Source of the DNA: an uncultured Planctomycetales bacterium
Lineage (GTDB): Bacteria; Omnitrophota; Gorgyraeia; Zapsychrales; JAHFFX01
Length of the DNA: 64,000 nucleotides
Direction of reading: 5' to 3'
Assembly (NCBI GenBank): GCA_964464475.1
Contig: CAYXGG010000006.1
Location: 16,305-80,304 of the forward strand
The position numbers and the translations under genes are program-made. Positions 1 to 9,870 of the stretch are shown piece by piece. The number at the start of each line of letters is the position of its first letter. Position 1 is the stretch's first letter. The notes beneath the pieces were generated by a model, which searched no databases, was not told where the DNA came from, and was given only the letters and a program-made list of their open reading frames with translations.

Positions 1-315
1 CAATTTAGTCGCTTCTTCGGGTGAGGCGTTAGAAATTTTTTGCAGGACTTGGTCGGGATTATCATATCGGGTCTGAACTCCATCAAGATTAAGAACAGCC
101 ATCCCTCCCAACTTACCCATGGCGACCGCGAATTTAACATCGACGACTCCGTCCATAGCAGCCGCAATGATGGGGATCTCAAATTTAATTTTGCCTATTT
201 TCCAACTAACATCCACCTCGTTCGGATTAACCGTCACTCGGCCAGGTACCAAAGCGACTTCATCAAAACCATAACAACGGCGTGCCCGGCGACCAATACC
301 TATCCACTCTGCCAT
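1..315 (-). CDS. GuaB3-family IMP dehydrogenase-related protein (N-terminal part; runs off window start)
   Basis: Manual translation from ATG at 315: MAEWIGIGRRARRCYGFDEVALVPGRVTVNPNEVDVSWKIG...PIIAAAMDGVVD; matches the GuaB3 N-terminus (R-x-YGxDE-ALVP, AMDGVVD). Not in the ORF track. Confidence 0.85.
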   Translation of the reverse strand, partial: MAEWIGIGRRARRCYGFDEVALVPGRVTVNPNEVDVSWKIGKIKFEIPIIAAAMDGVVDVKFAVAMGKLGGMAVLNLDGVQTRYDNPDQVLQKISNASPEEATKL

Positions 316-386
316 GCCTAACTCCCTTTCCTTAAATGACTTAGATGTTTTTTGTAAACAAAAATGGCTAGAAATTAATGGCCTAT

Positions 387-415
387 ACTATAAGGACTCT
401 CCTAAGAAATGTCAA
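387..415 (-). promoter_or_regulatory. sigma70-type promoter for guaB3-like gene
   Basis: Minus strand TTGACA-N17-TATAGT about 70 nt upstream of the ATG. Confidence 0.75.
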
Positions 416-417
416 TA

Positions 418-469
418 ATTAAAACGGGCAAAAGCCACTTGATTCACAGTGGCTTTTGCCCGTTTTAAT
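418..469 (-). terminator. Intrinsic terminator downstream of groEL (probably bidirectional)
   Basis: Perfect 22-bp inverted repeat ATTAAAACGGGCAAAAGCCACT-8 nt loop-AGTGGCTTTTGCCCGTTTTAAT, 26 nt past the groEL stop. Confidence 0.85.
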
Positions 470-495
470 ACAGCTGACAGAAACTCAGCTAACTA

Positions 496-2187
<1,692 letters not shown>

Positions 2188-2478
2188 TTACTTTACGATC
2201 GCTAAAATATCCTCTTCCTTCATAATCAAAAGTTCATCCCCATCTTTAGTAGTAATTTCGGTCCCGCTGTATTTTCCATAAAGGATCCGATCGCCTACCT
2301 TGACTTCCAAGGCTTGGACTTGACCGCTCTCCAAGATCTTTCCCTTACCCACCGCCACGATTTTACCTTCCTGAGGTTTTTCTTTAGCGGTATCCGGTAA
2401 CACAATGCCACCCTTGGTCTTTTCTTCCGCTTCCAAAGGCTTTACCACAACTCTGTCTGCTAATGGTTTGATATCCAC
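2188..2478 (-). CDS. groS: Co-chaperonin GroES
   Basis: KPLADRVVV...[16 protein letters not shown]; GTG start with AGGAGG SD; upstream of groEL. Confidence 0.99.
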   Translation of the reverse strand: MDIKPLADRVVVKPLEAEEKTKGGIVLPDTAKEKPQEGKIVAVGKGKILESGQVQALEVKVGDRILYGKYSGTEITTKDGDELLIMKEEDILAIVK

Positions 2479-2568
2479 TGCCCACCTCCTGATTGATGTG
2501 TTGATGATGATTGACCTTTAAACTTCGATAACTTAGAGGTCAGTAAGCCAGAAAACTTCTAACGCTGA

Positions 2569-2595
2569 TTAGCAGTTAAAAATTTAGAGTGCTAA
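2569..2595. promoter_or_regulatory. CIRCE element 1 (HrcA operator)
   Basis: TTAGCAGTT-N9-GAGTGCTAA versus consensus TTAGCACTC-N9-GAGTGCTAA; upstream of groES. Confidence 0.9.
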
Positions 2596-2622
2596 TATAA
2601 AAAAATCGGTTGTGCTTGTCAA
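2594..2622 (-). promoter_or_regulatory. sigma70-type groESL promoter
   Basis: Minus strand TTGACA-N17-TATATT; the -10 overlaps CIRCE 1. Confidence 0.8.
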
Positions 2623-2630
2623 GATTTTTT

Positions 2631-2657
2631 TTAGCAGTGTTGCAAAATGAGTGCTAA
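2631..2657. promoter_or_regulatory. CIRCE element 2 (HrcA operator)
   Basis: TTAGCAGTG-N9-GAGTGCTAA immediately upstream of the -35. Confidence 0.85.
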
Positions 2658-2664
2658 TAATGAT

Positions 2665-2731
<67 letters not shown>

Positions 2732-2742
2732 CCTCCCACTCC

Positions 2743-3495
2743 TTATTTATCCAGAAGTACCAAACCTTTAAAAACTAAATCCTCGTCCAGAGCGTTAATT
2801 TTGATTGTTAAATATCGCCGCATCAACTTCGCATGACCTCCCGTTAAAATAACCTTTGGTCGCCCGCCCACCCGCTTCGACAACTGGCGAACCATCTGCG
2901 AACACAGCGCGCCAAAACCAAAGAAAATCCCGCTCAATATACTTTCTTCCGTCGTTCTGCCAATAATTTCCTTAGGGCCACGAATTCTTATTTTTGGCAA
3001 AAGTGCGGTTTTTTTGTGTAGAGATTCCGCTGATAACCGAATGCCCGGGACGATAGATCCTCCTAAATATTCTCCTTTACGCGAAACCACGTCAAAAGTA
3101 ATCGCCGTGCCCAAATCAATGACCAGACACGGAGCTCCCCAAAAATGTTTAGCGGCAAACGCCCCTACCAACCGGTCCTGCCCGACCTGATGGGGCACCC
3201 GATAACGATTCACCATAGAGACGATGATGTCCTTTCCCACCAAGAAAACGGGTACTCCCAACGCTCTTTTGATCTCAGCGACGACCAAATGATTCAAATC
3301 GGGCACAACACTACAAATAATCGCGCGACGCAACAATATTTTCTGATGTAATACTGTTTTTAATAAACGGCGAATACCTAACCGCAAATGGGCTGGCTCT
3401 TCTTGCGTCTCCAATCGCCAAGATTTAATTACCTTAAATCCCCGCATAAGCGCGAAGTGTGCGGACGTATTCCCTATATCAGCGACAAATTGCAT
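2743..3495 (-). CDS. coaX: Type III pantothenate kinase
   Basis: DIGNT, GQDR, VIDLGTAITFD, GGSIVPG motifs; start could be GTG at 3501. Confidence 0.95.
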   Translation of the reverse strand: MQFVADIGNTSAHFALMRGFKVIKSWRLETQEEPAHLRLGIRRLLKTVLHQKILLRRAIICSVVPDLNHLVVAEIKRALGVPVFLVGKDIIVSMVNRYRVPHQVGQDRLVGAFAAKHFWGAPCLVIDLGTAITFDVVSRKGEYLGGSIVPGIRLSAESLHKKTALLPKIRIRGPKEIIGRTTEESILSGIFFGFGALCSQMVRQLSKRVGGRPKVILTGGHAKLMRRYLTIKINALDEDLVFKGLVLLDK

Positions 3496-3510
3496 AAGCA
3501 CCTAAAAAAA

Positions 3511-5565
3511 TCACGTTTTCTTCGACTGTTTAGTTTTACTTCGAAGCCCTTTAGTCTTTGCTGCCGTTTCCAGCAACTCAACCGAATTTCGCTGTCCCGG
3601 TAAAGATTTTAATTCCTTAATCTTGTCGCGCAGCAAAGCGGCTTTTTCAAACTGCAAATTGCGCGCCGCCAATTCCATCTCACTTTCCAATTCCATAATC
3701 GCAGAAGACACGGCATATTCTTCCTCGGAAAATCCCGCAACATCTCTTACCACTTCCTGAGCGTCGGCCAGTTCTTCAATCCCCAAGCGAATGGCTTTCT
3801 CGATGGAGGTTGGCACTATTTTATATTTCTCGTTAAAAGCTATTTGGATTTTTCTGCGTCGTTCACATTCATGAATGGTCGCACGCATCGCTGCCGTCAT
3901 TTTATCGGCATACATAATCACGATACCATTGACATTGCGAGCGGCGCGTCCGGCCGTCTGAATCAGTGACGTCTGCGATCTCAGAAATCCTTCTTTATCC
4001 GCATCAAAAATAACCACGAGCGAAACTTCGGGCAAATCCAACCCCTCGCGCAACAGATTAACGCCTACCAAACAATCAAATTTCTGCAATCTCAAATCTT
4101 GAAGAATTTTAGCACGGTCAATCGTCTCGATATCAGAATGCAAGTATTTGACCCGAACTCCCTTCTCCCGCAAGAAATCCGTCAAATCTTCTGACATACG
4201 TTTCGTTAACGTCGTTAAAAGAATACGTTCATTCATTTTTACTCGCTTCTGAATTTCTTTCAAAACATCTTCAACTTGACCAGCGGTAGGTCGCACTTCA
4301 ATGGGAGGATCTACAATCCCCGTAGGACGGATAATTTGCTCGATGATCGCTCCTTGAGCCTCTTTGTATTCATACGGCCCGGGTGTTGCAGAGACATAAA
4401 TTCGCTGACGCCATAATTGTTTTAATTCCTCAAAGCGTAACGGCCGATTATCCAAACAGGACGGCAACCGAAAACCATGCTCAACGAGCATTTCCTTACG
4501 GGCCCGGTCTCCCTCATACATTCCTCCGAGTTGCGGAATAGTTACATGCGATTCGTCAATCAAAACCAAGTAGTCTTCAGGAAAATAATCCAGCAAGCAA
4601 TAGGGCCTCGCCCCCGAAGGACGCCGAGAAAGCACCCGTGAATAATTTTCGATACCGTGACAGTATCCCATTTCCTTAAGCATCTCGAGGTCATAACGCG
4701 TGCGAGAGTTGAGCCTTTGGGCTTCCAACAATTTTCCGGCCTTCTTCAGTTCCTCCACCCGCTCCTTTAATTCCGTTTCTATCTCCGCTAACGCTTCTTC
4801 TAATTTAGGCGGAGAAATAATAAAATGTTTCGCCGGATAGATGGCAATCTGATTAAGTACATGCTGGACCTCGGCAGAAACCGGGTCAAATTGAGAAATT
4901 CTTTCTAAATAATCTCCATTAAATTCTAAACGCAGCGCATCCTGCCGATAAGCCGGGAAGACCTCTACCACGTCACCCCGCACCCGGATTTTGCCTCGCA
5001 CAAACTCATAGTCATTCCGTTCATATTGAATGGCGATAAGTTTTTCCAAAACTGCATCTCGTTCAATGGACTGACCTACCGACAGAAAAAGCAAATAGTT
5101 CCGATAATCCGCAGGATCCCCTAAATTATAAATGCACGACACGCTCGCCACGATGACCACGTCCCGACGCGACATGATTGACGTCGTGGCCGCCAGGCGT
5201 AACCGATCTAGGCGGTCATTTATGGAAGCGTCCTTTTCAATGTACATATCCGTTTGGGGAATATAGGCTTCCGGTTGGTAATAATCATAATAGCTGACAA
5301 AGTACTCAACCGCGTTCTTAGGGAAAAATTCCTTGAACTCGCCGTAAAGTTGGGCGGCAAGCGTTTTATTGTGAGAGATGACCAAGGTTGGACGATTGAT
5401 CTTTTCTATAACATTAGCCAGCGTGTAGGTCTTGCCACTACCGGTGACACCGAGCAGCACTTGCGCTGAGAATTTATTTTGCTGAATATTTCGCGCTAAG
5501 AGTTCAATCGCGTTTGCCTGTTCCGGAACAGGGCGGAACTTAGATTGCAACACAAATCGTTCCAT
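3511..5565 (-). CDS. uvrB: Excinuclease ABC subunit B
   Basis: GVTGSGKT, YYDYYQPEAY beta-hairpin motif, DESH, C-terminal UVR domain. Confidence 0.99.
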   Translation of the reverse strand: MERFVLQSKFRPVPEQANAIELLARNIQQNKFSAQVLLGVTGSGKTYTLANVIEKINRPTLVISHNKTLAAQLYGEFKEFFPKNAVEYFVSYYDYYQPEAYIPQTDMYIEKDASINDRLDRLRLAATTSIMSRRDVVIVASVSCIYNLGDPADYRNYLLFLSVGQSIERDAVLEKLIAIQYERNDYEFVRGKIRVRGDVVEVFPAYRQDALRLEFNGDYLERISQFDPVSAEVQHVLNQIAIYPAKHFIISPPKLEEALAEIETELKERVEELKKAGKLLEAQRLNSRTRYDLEMLKEMGYCHGIENYSRVLSRRPSGARPYCLLDYFPEDYLVLIDESHVTIPQLGGMYEGDRARKEMLVEHGFRLPSCLDNRPLRFEELKQLWRQRIYVSATPGPYEYKEAQGAIIEQIIRPTGIVDPPIEVRPTAGQVEDVLKEIQKRVKMNERILLTTLTKRMSEDLTDFLREKGVRVKYLHSDIETIDRAKILQDLRLQKFDCLVGVNLLREGLDLPEVSLVVIFDADKEGFLRSQTSLIQTAGRAARNVNGIVIMYADKMTAAMRATIHECERRRKIQIAFNEKYKIVPTSIEKAIRLGIEELADAQEVVRDVAGFSEEEYAVSSAIMELESEMELAARNLQFEKAALLRDKIKELKSLPGQRNSVELLETAAKTKGLRSKTKQSKKT

Positions 5566-5570
5566 AAAAT

Positions 5571-6035
5571 TTAGGGTAGGACAAGCGTGCCAGCTAAACG
5601 TTGTTCCATGTCATTAAACAACGCGTTGACGAGAGGATCGTTGCGCCGGCTTTCAAAAATTTTGAATAACACGGGGGTCAAACTTAAATATCGGACTTCC
5701 ACCTCCACCCGATCGCCCAAATTGCTGACATACACATTTAATGTGCGATACCGGGAATACAAAACTCGCGAAGATTGTCGACCCTCGGTGAACAAAACGA
5801 CTTGCTGTTGGGCATCGCCGGCGCGACCTTGTTCATACTGGATGGGATCAGATTCTTCGTTAATGGACCAACCGGCTGACGCGAGTGATTCCTTGACCGC
5901 CGTCAAAGTCGAACCATAGTCGCTATGAAAAATCTTTTTATAAGGATTTTGATCAGTTACGTACTTAGGGATCTTAACGCTGACACACCCGCATAGAACC
6001 AATAAGTATACCGCCAAATAAAACATGCGCTTCAT
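5571..6035 (-). CDS. Putative lipoprotein of unknown function
   Basis: MKR + hydrophobic stretch + LCGC lipobox; fills the gap in the gene string. Confidence 0.75.
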   Translation of the reverse strand: MKRMFYLAVYLLVLCGCVSVKIPKYVTDQNPYKKIFHSDYGSTLTAVKESLASAGWSINEESDPIQYEQGRAGDAQQQVVLFTEGRQSSRVLYSRYRTLNVYVSNLGDRVEVEVRYLSLTPVLFKIFESRRNDPLVNALFNDMEQRLAGTLVLP

Positions 6036-6047
6036 GCAACAATCTCC

Positions 6048-6353
6048 TTAGCAAACTTTCCCATGCATATAGGGACGCGCTTTATTCTTTTCGGATTTTT
6101 TATTAATTTCTGCCTGGATATCAATTTCTAATCCGCCACACAAATCAAATAAGCGAATAAAGGTGTCTGCCAGCTCTTCTTTAAAGTTTTCGTCATCTTT
6201 CTTACGATGGGCTTCCATCGCTTCGGCCAACTCCGTGACAATCAACATCAGCGCTTCGCCGACATTACGTTCTTTGTCCCAAAATCCCTTAGAACGCGCG
6301 ATTTCATGGCAAAGCTGAGACATTTCCGCTAAAGTGTAGTCTTTCTTCATCAT
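6048..6353 (-). CDS. MazG-like NTP pyrophosphohydrolase
   Basis: TELAEAME...EELADTFIRLFD acidic helical motifs; single-domain 101 aa. Confidence 0.85.
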   Translation of the reverse strand: MMKKDYTLAEMSQLCHEIARSKGFWDKERNVGEALMLIVTELAEAMEAHRKKDDENFKEELADTFIRLFDLCGGLEIDIQAEINKKSEKNKARPYMHGKVC

Positions 6354-7018
6354 TAATTCCTCTCAATAAAATTTTCCATATCTTCGGGTAAAGGAGATTC
6401 TACCCGCACTAACTGTTTGGTAATCGGATGCTTCCATTCAATCGTGCTCGCATGCAAAGCCACTCGGCGGAACTTCAAATCAAAATCCCTTCCAAAAGCG
6501 TATTGACGTTCTCCTAAAAGTGGATACCCCAAATCACGCATATGAATCCGAATTTGGTGCGTCCTACCGGTCAAAGGAAAAACTTCAACAATGCTAAAAC
6601 GATGTTTGACCAAAACACGCTTATATCGAGTAACAGAAAGCTTGCCGGCTCCTCCCCGATTAAAACGCTCTTCCTCAACATCCTGAATCACGCTTTTGAT
6701 TTCACCCGCCGGATGGCGAACTTTGCCATGGACTAAGGCAATATATTTCTTTCGGACAACCTGTTGTTTAAAAAGCATCATCATCGCCTGTTGATTGGAG
6801 CGACCTATAGCAAAAACAATGACCCCGGACGTTTCCCGATCCAGTCGATGACAAGGCAACAAAGGACCTCGCTGCTGAACCGCCGGATGCTCACGGTTTA
6901 CGACCTGTTCTAGGGTATTTTTTTCTCTCTTGGGAGAAGGAACCACCAGCATGCCCGCCGGTTTATCAAAGACCATCAAAAAATCATCTTGGAACAATAC
7001 TGGGATGGGGGCAGGCAT
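6353..7018 (-). CDS. RluA-family pseudouridine synthase
   Basis: DKPAG, HRLDRETSG (catalytic Asp), TGRTHQIRIH, LHA motifs. Confidence 0.95.
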   Translation of the reverse strand: MPAPIPVLFQDDFLMVFDKPAGMLVVPSPKREKNTLEQVVNREHPAVQQRGPLLPCHRLDRETSGVIVFAIGRSNQQAMMMLFKQQVVRKKYIALVHGKVRHPAGEIKSVIQDVEEERFNRGGAGKLSVTRYKRVLVKHRFSIVEVFPLTGRTHQIRIHMRDLGYPLLGERQYAFGRDFDLKFRRVALHASTIEWKHPITKQLVRVESPLPEDMENFIERN

Positions 7019-7034
7019 GCCGTCAATCGGGAGA

Positions 7035-7196
7035 TCAAGATTCTTCGGAAGAATCTTCGTCCTGGCCCTCTATCAACTGCGTCAGATAATTGAGTTTTCT
7101 CAAAATCAAAACCGGAAAAACAATCAGCCACAGCTGAAAGGCCACAGCCAATAAGGCCTGAATTGGAGTAACACTTATCTGCAATGCTTGTTCCAT
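7035..7196 (-). CDS. Small single-pass membrane protein (53 aa, unknown function)
   Basis: MEQALQISVTPIQALLAVAFQLWLIVFPVLILRKLNYLTQLIEGQDEDSSEES; AGGAG SD; fills the gap; below ORF-track cutoff. Confidence 0.7.
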   Translation of the reverse strand: MEQALQISVTPIQALLAVAFQLWLIVFPVLILRKLNYLTQLIEGQDEDSSEES

Positions 7197-7234
7197 CTCT
7201 ATCTCCTAAATCTCCCTGCCGGGAGGACGTTCAT

Positions 7235-7621
7235 TCAATTGAGGGGGACATCCTGGGATGGACCCGCCTTCATCTGACCGGACACATACTCGGAAATAAC
7301 TTTGGTATCTGCGGGTAAAATGTCACTAAAGAAGATAGCCACCTTATAATAATCCTGCCCTGGAATAGATTCCGTTCGTACCACCACCCCATGACAAGTT
7401 AATTTCTTAGTCACGGTTTTACCCCGACGCTTAAGGGGCAAAAGCAGATGAATACTGATTCGGGTCATCGGTTCAAAATACTTATTGACCTTACAGTAAG
7501 CTCCGGCACAGCTGAGATTATAGGTTTCCGTAACGACATCCGTCTCTTCGCTGGAAATCTTGATGGGAATGGTCTGTTCCAGACGAGGATGTTTTCGTCG
7601 TTCAGAGGCAGGAGGATTCAA
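7235..7621 (-). CDS. PilZ-domain protein (c-di-GMP receptor)
   Basis: ERRKHPR (RxxxR) and NLSCAG ((D/N)xSxxG). Confidence 0.85.
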   Translation of the reverse strand: MNPPASERRKHPRLEQTIPIKISSEETDVVTETYNLSCAGAYCKVNKYFEPMTRISIHLLLPLKRRGKTVTKKLTCHGVVVRTESIPGQDYYKVAIFFSDILPADTKVISEYVSGQMKAGPSQDVPLN

Positions 7622-7622
7622 T

Positions 7623-7811
7623 TTACGATGACTCGCCTTCTTTGGGTTTATTGGCTATGGCTGCTTTGCCCTTCCCTTTAAAGCAATTATTGTTGCAATA
7701 ATACTTACCGTTACGGTAATACCGCTTGGCGCGCTTCATGGGTTTACCGCAGGCAGCGCAATTTTTCAAATTTTCTGCCGAGACTCCTGGTGCTGCTGCT
7801 TGATCTGCCAT
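7623..7811 (-). CDS. Small Cys-rich, TRASH/YHS-like metal-binding protein
   Basis: CAACGK-x15-CNNNC; AAGGAG upstream; co-oriented between two PilZ genes. Confidence 0.7.
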   Translation of the reverse strand: MADQAAAPGVSAENLKNCAACGKPMKRAKRYYRNGKYYCNNNCFKGKGKAAIANKPKEGESS

Positions 7812-7858
7812 AATACGAAGGTACTCCTTTCAGTGCTACTAGCTGAATCTGATGTTTT

Positions 7859-8215
7859 TCAGCGGGTGTTATAGGTTCCAGAGCGTTCCTCAGGATTTAC
7901 TTTTAAGTTGTCTTCCTCCACAAATTTAAGGCCCATTTGATACCGATCGGTGTGAGGAAGTTTGCTAATCCACATGACTTTTCCCACCAAATCAACCCAT
8001 CGACCACTTTGGTCCCGAAACCGCACGTTCACCAAGGTATGAAGGGGCAGAAATTCTTCAAAATTAATCCTCATGCCCCCTAACGAAAGGTCGCAGGACA
8101 AGCAACCGCCAAAATGGCGGGCGTCTCTAACTTCATATTCAACCGACTCCCGAAACTCAATCCGGGAAAACCGACGTTGGTCCTCTTTAATTCCAGGAAT
8201 TTCTAAGTCAAGCAT
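7859..8215 (-). CDS. PilZ-domain protein
   Basis: QRRFSR (RxxxR) and DLSLGG (DxSxxG); GLKF end motif. Confidence 0.85.
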   Translation of the reverse strand: MLDLEIPGIKEDQRRFSRIEFRESVEYEVRDARHFGGCLSCDLSLGGMRINFEEFLPLHTLVNVRFRDQSGRWVDLVGKVMWISKLPHTDRYQMGLKFVEEDNLKVNPEERSGTYNTR

Positions 8216-8251
8216 GTACGGATCTCTTTCTTCCTCAAATTAAACGGCGGC

Positions 8252-8279
8252 ATTATAACACAGACTCCAATCAGTACAA
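8252..8279 (-). promoter_or_regulatory. sigma70-type promoter for the PilZ gene cluster
   Basis: Minus strand TTGTAC-N16-TATAAT with extended -10 TG. Confidence 0.6.
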
Positions 8280-8365
8280 AAATAATTTTCAACTGACTGT
8301 CCTTGCTTCAGGCTTTTCAAAGGCCACAATAGCGACACAGGAAACTTTACCTCTCTAGCCTTGCG

Positions 8366-8374
8366 TGCTATAAT
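8366..8374 (+). promoter_or_regulatory. Extended -10 promoter, probably leaderless, for exeA-like gene
   Basis: TGCTATAAT 7 nt before ATG 8382; no SD. Confidence 0.65.
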
Positions 8375-8381
8375 CCCGCCC

Positions 8382-9182
8382 ATGTATAAAGATTATTATC
8401 AACTTCGCGAGTACCCCTTTAATATTACTGCAGATCCCTCCTTTTTCTTTGCCAGCTCTTTGCATGCGGACGCTTTTTCTCATTTAGCTTACGGTATTGA
8501 ACAACGCAAAGGCATCATCGTGATCACAGGTGAAATAGGAACGGGCAAAACTACCCTGTGCCGAGCCCTCTTAAACCGCCTCGACCGTCGCACCAAAACC
8601 GCCTTTATTCTGAACCCAAATTTTTCGGAAACTGAACTCCTACAACTTATCATGAAAGATTTTGGGTTACCGGCAGAAGGTCGCAATAAATTCCAGCTGA
8701 TTAGCGCCTTAAATGATTTTCTACTCCAGGAAACCGAAGCCGGCAATAACGTGGCCTTAATTATTGACGAAGCTCAAAATTTAAAACCACCCCAATTAGA
8801 ACAAGTTCGCCTGCTTTCCAATCTAGAAACTGAAAAAGCCAAACTTCTACAAATTGTCCTTGTCGGCCAACCGGAATTGATTGAACGCCTTAAATTACCT
8901 TCCCTACGCCAGTTAAACCAGCGCATTGCAGTACGATTTCATATTCAACCGTTAGAAAAGAATCAAACTAAAGAATACATTTTACATCGACTAAAAATAG
9001 CCGGCGCGAATGGCCAATTAAATTTCACGCCCGAAGCCCTGGAAGAGATTTATGTGTATTCCGGTGGCACGCCCCGACTTATCAATGTGCTCTGCGACCG
9101 AGCGATGCTGGCGGGATTTGCCGCAGGCAAACAAACAATTGACCTCGATACCGTACAAAAATCAGCTGGAGAAATATTATGA
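8382..9182 (+). CDS. ExeA/GspA-family AAA ATPase
   Basis: MYxxYYxLxxxPF start, GEIGTGKT Walker A, IIDEAQ Walker B, LVGQPEL, GGTPRLIN. Confidence 0.92.
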   Translation: MYKDYYQLREYPFNITADPSFFFASSLHADAFSHLAYGIEQRKGIIVITGEIGTGKTTLCRALLNRLDRRTKTAFILNPNFSETELLQLIMKDFGLPAEGRNKFQLISALNDFLLQETEAGNNVALIIDEAQNLKPPQLEQVRLLSNLETEKAKLLQIVLVGQPELIERLKLPSLRQLNQRIAVRFHIQPLEKNQTKEYILHRLKIAGANGQLNFTPEALEEIYVYSGGTPRLINVLCDRAMLAGFAAGKQTIDLDTVQKSAGEIL

Positions 9183-9859
9183 GCATTATTCATGACGCGT
9201 TAAAACGAGCCCAAGCCAAAATGCAAGAGGATAATAAAGCAGCCCCCTCCCCGCCACCAACCACGTCGGCACCCAGCACACCGTCTCCGCAGACTACCCT
9301 GGAGCTTAAACAACCTCAACCGAGAGTCATCCTTGAACCCGTCGCGGAATCCAGACCGGAGCCATCCGTTGCTCCGGTGAAAACGACTCCAGCGCCAAAA
9401 GTAAAAGTATCCGTCCCCCGTTCCAAAACGTTGGCCGCCAAACCAACGCCGACTATTTCCAAAAAAGACCTCCAAATGTGGATTATTTCCGGATTGGTAT
9501 TCACGCTGGTGCTTATTTGTTTTGGATTAACCTTTACGTTGATCGCTTCTAACCGCCGCGATCAGACTTCCCGCCCAAAAATTTCTCCCGAAGAAAAAAA
9601 TCAGCAAGCCAATCAACAAGCACTCCAAAATCTAGCCTCTGCAAAAAAGAAAGCCGCGGTAACCAAAACTCCTTCCGGAGAATCGCTGGTTCTCAACGGC
9701 ATCATGTCGTCGGAAGGCGAACAAATGGCCCTCATCAATAATGAAATTGTCCGACCGGGGGATTATATTGGAGAAGCTAGAATCTTAAAAATACTAGAGA
9801 ATCAAGTGGAGATTTTCTCGAAGGGTGAAGTGTTGATTCTCAAAGCCACCAAATTATAA
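9179..9859 (+). CDS. ExeB/GspB-like membrane protein
   Basis: MSIIHDALKRA start, Pro-rich linker, one TM helix, C-terminal LNGI...ALINNEIVRPGD domain; ATGA-coupled to exeA. Confidence 0.75.
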   Translation: MSIIHDALKRAQAKMQEDNKAAPSPPPTTSAPSTPSPQTTLELKQPQPRVILEPVAESRPEPSVAPVKTTPAPKVKVSVPRSKTLAAKPTPTISKKDLQMWIISGLVFTLVLICFGLTFTLIASNRRDQTSRPKISPEEKNQQANQQALQNLASAKKKAAVTKTPSGESLVLNGIMSSEGEQMALINNEIVRPGDYIGEARILKILENQVEIFSKGEVLILKATKL

Positions 9860-9870
9860 AATCAACCGAC

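Noticed and set aside
40-321. 93-aa plus-strand ORF
   Set aside because: Antisense shadow of the guaB3-like gene on the minus strand
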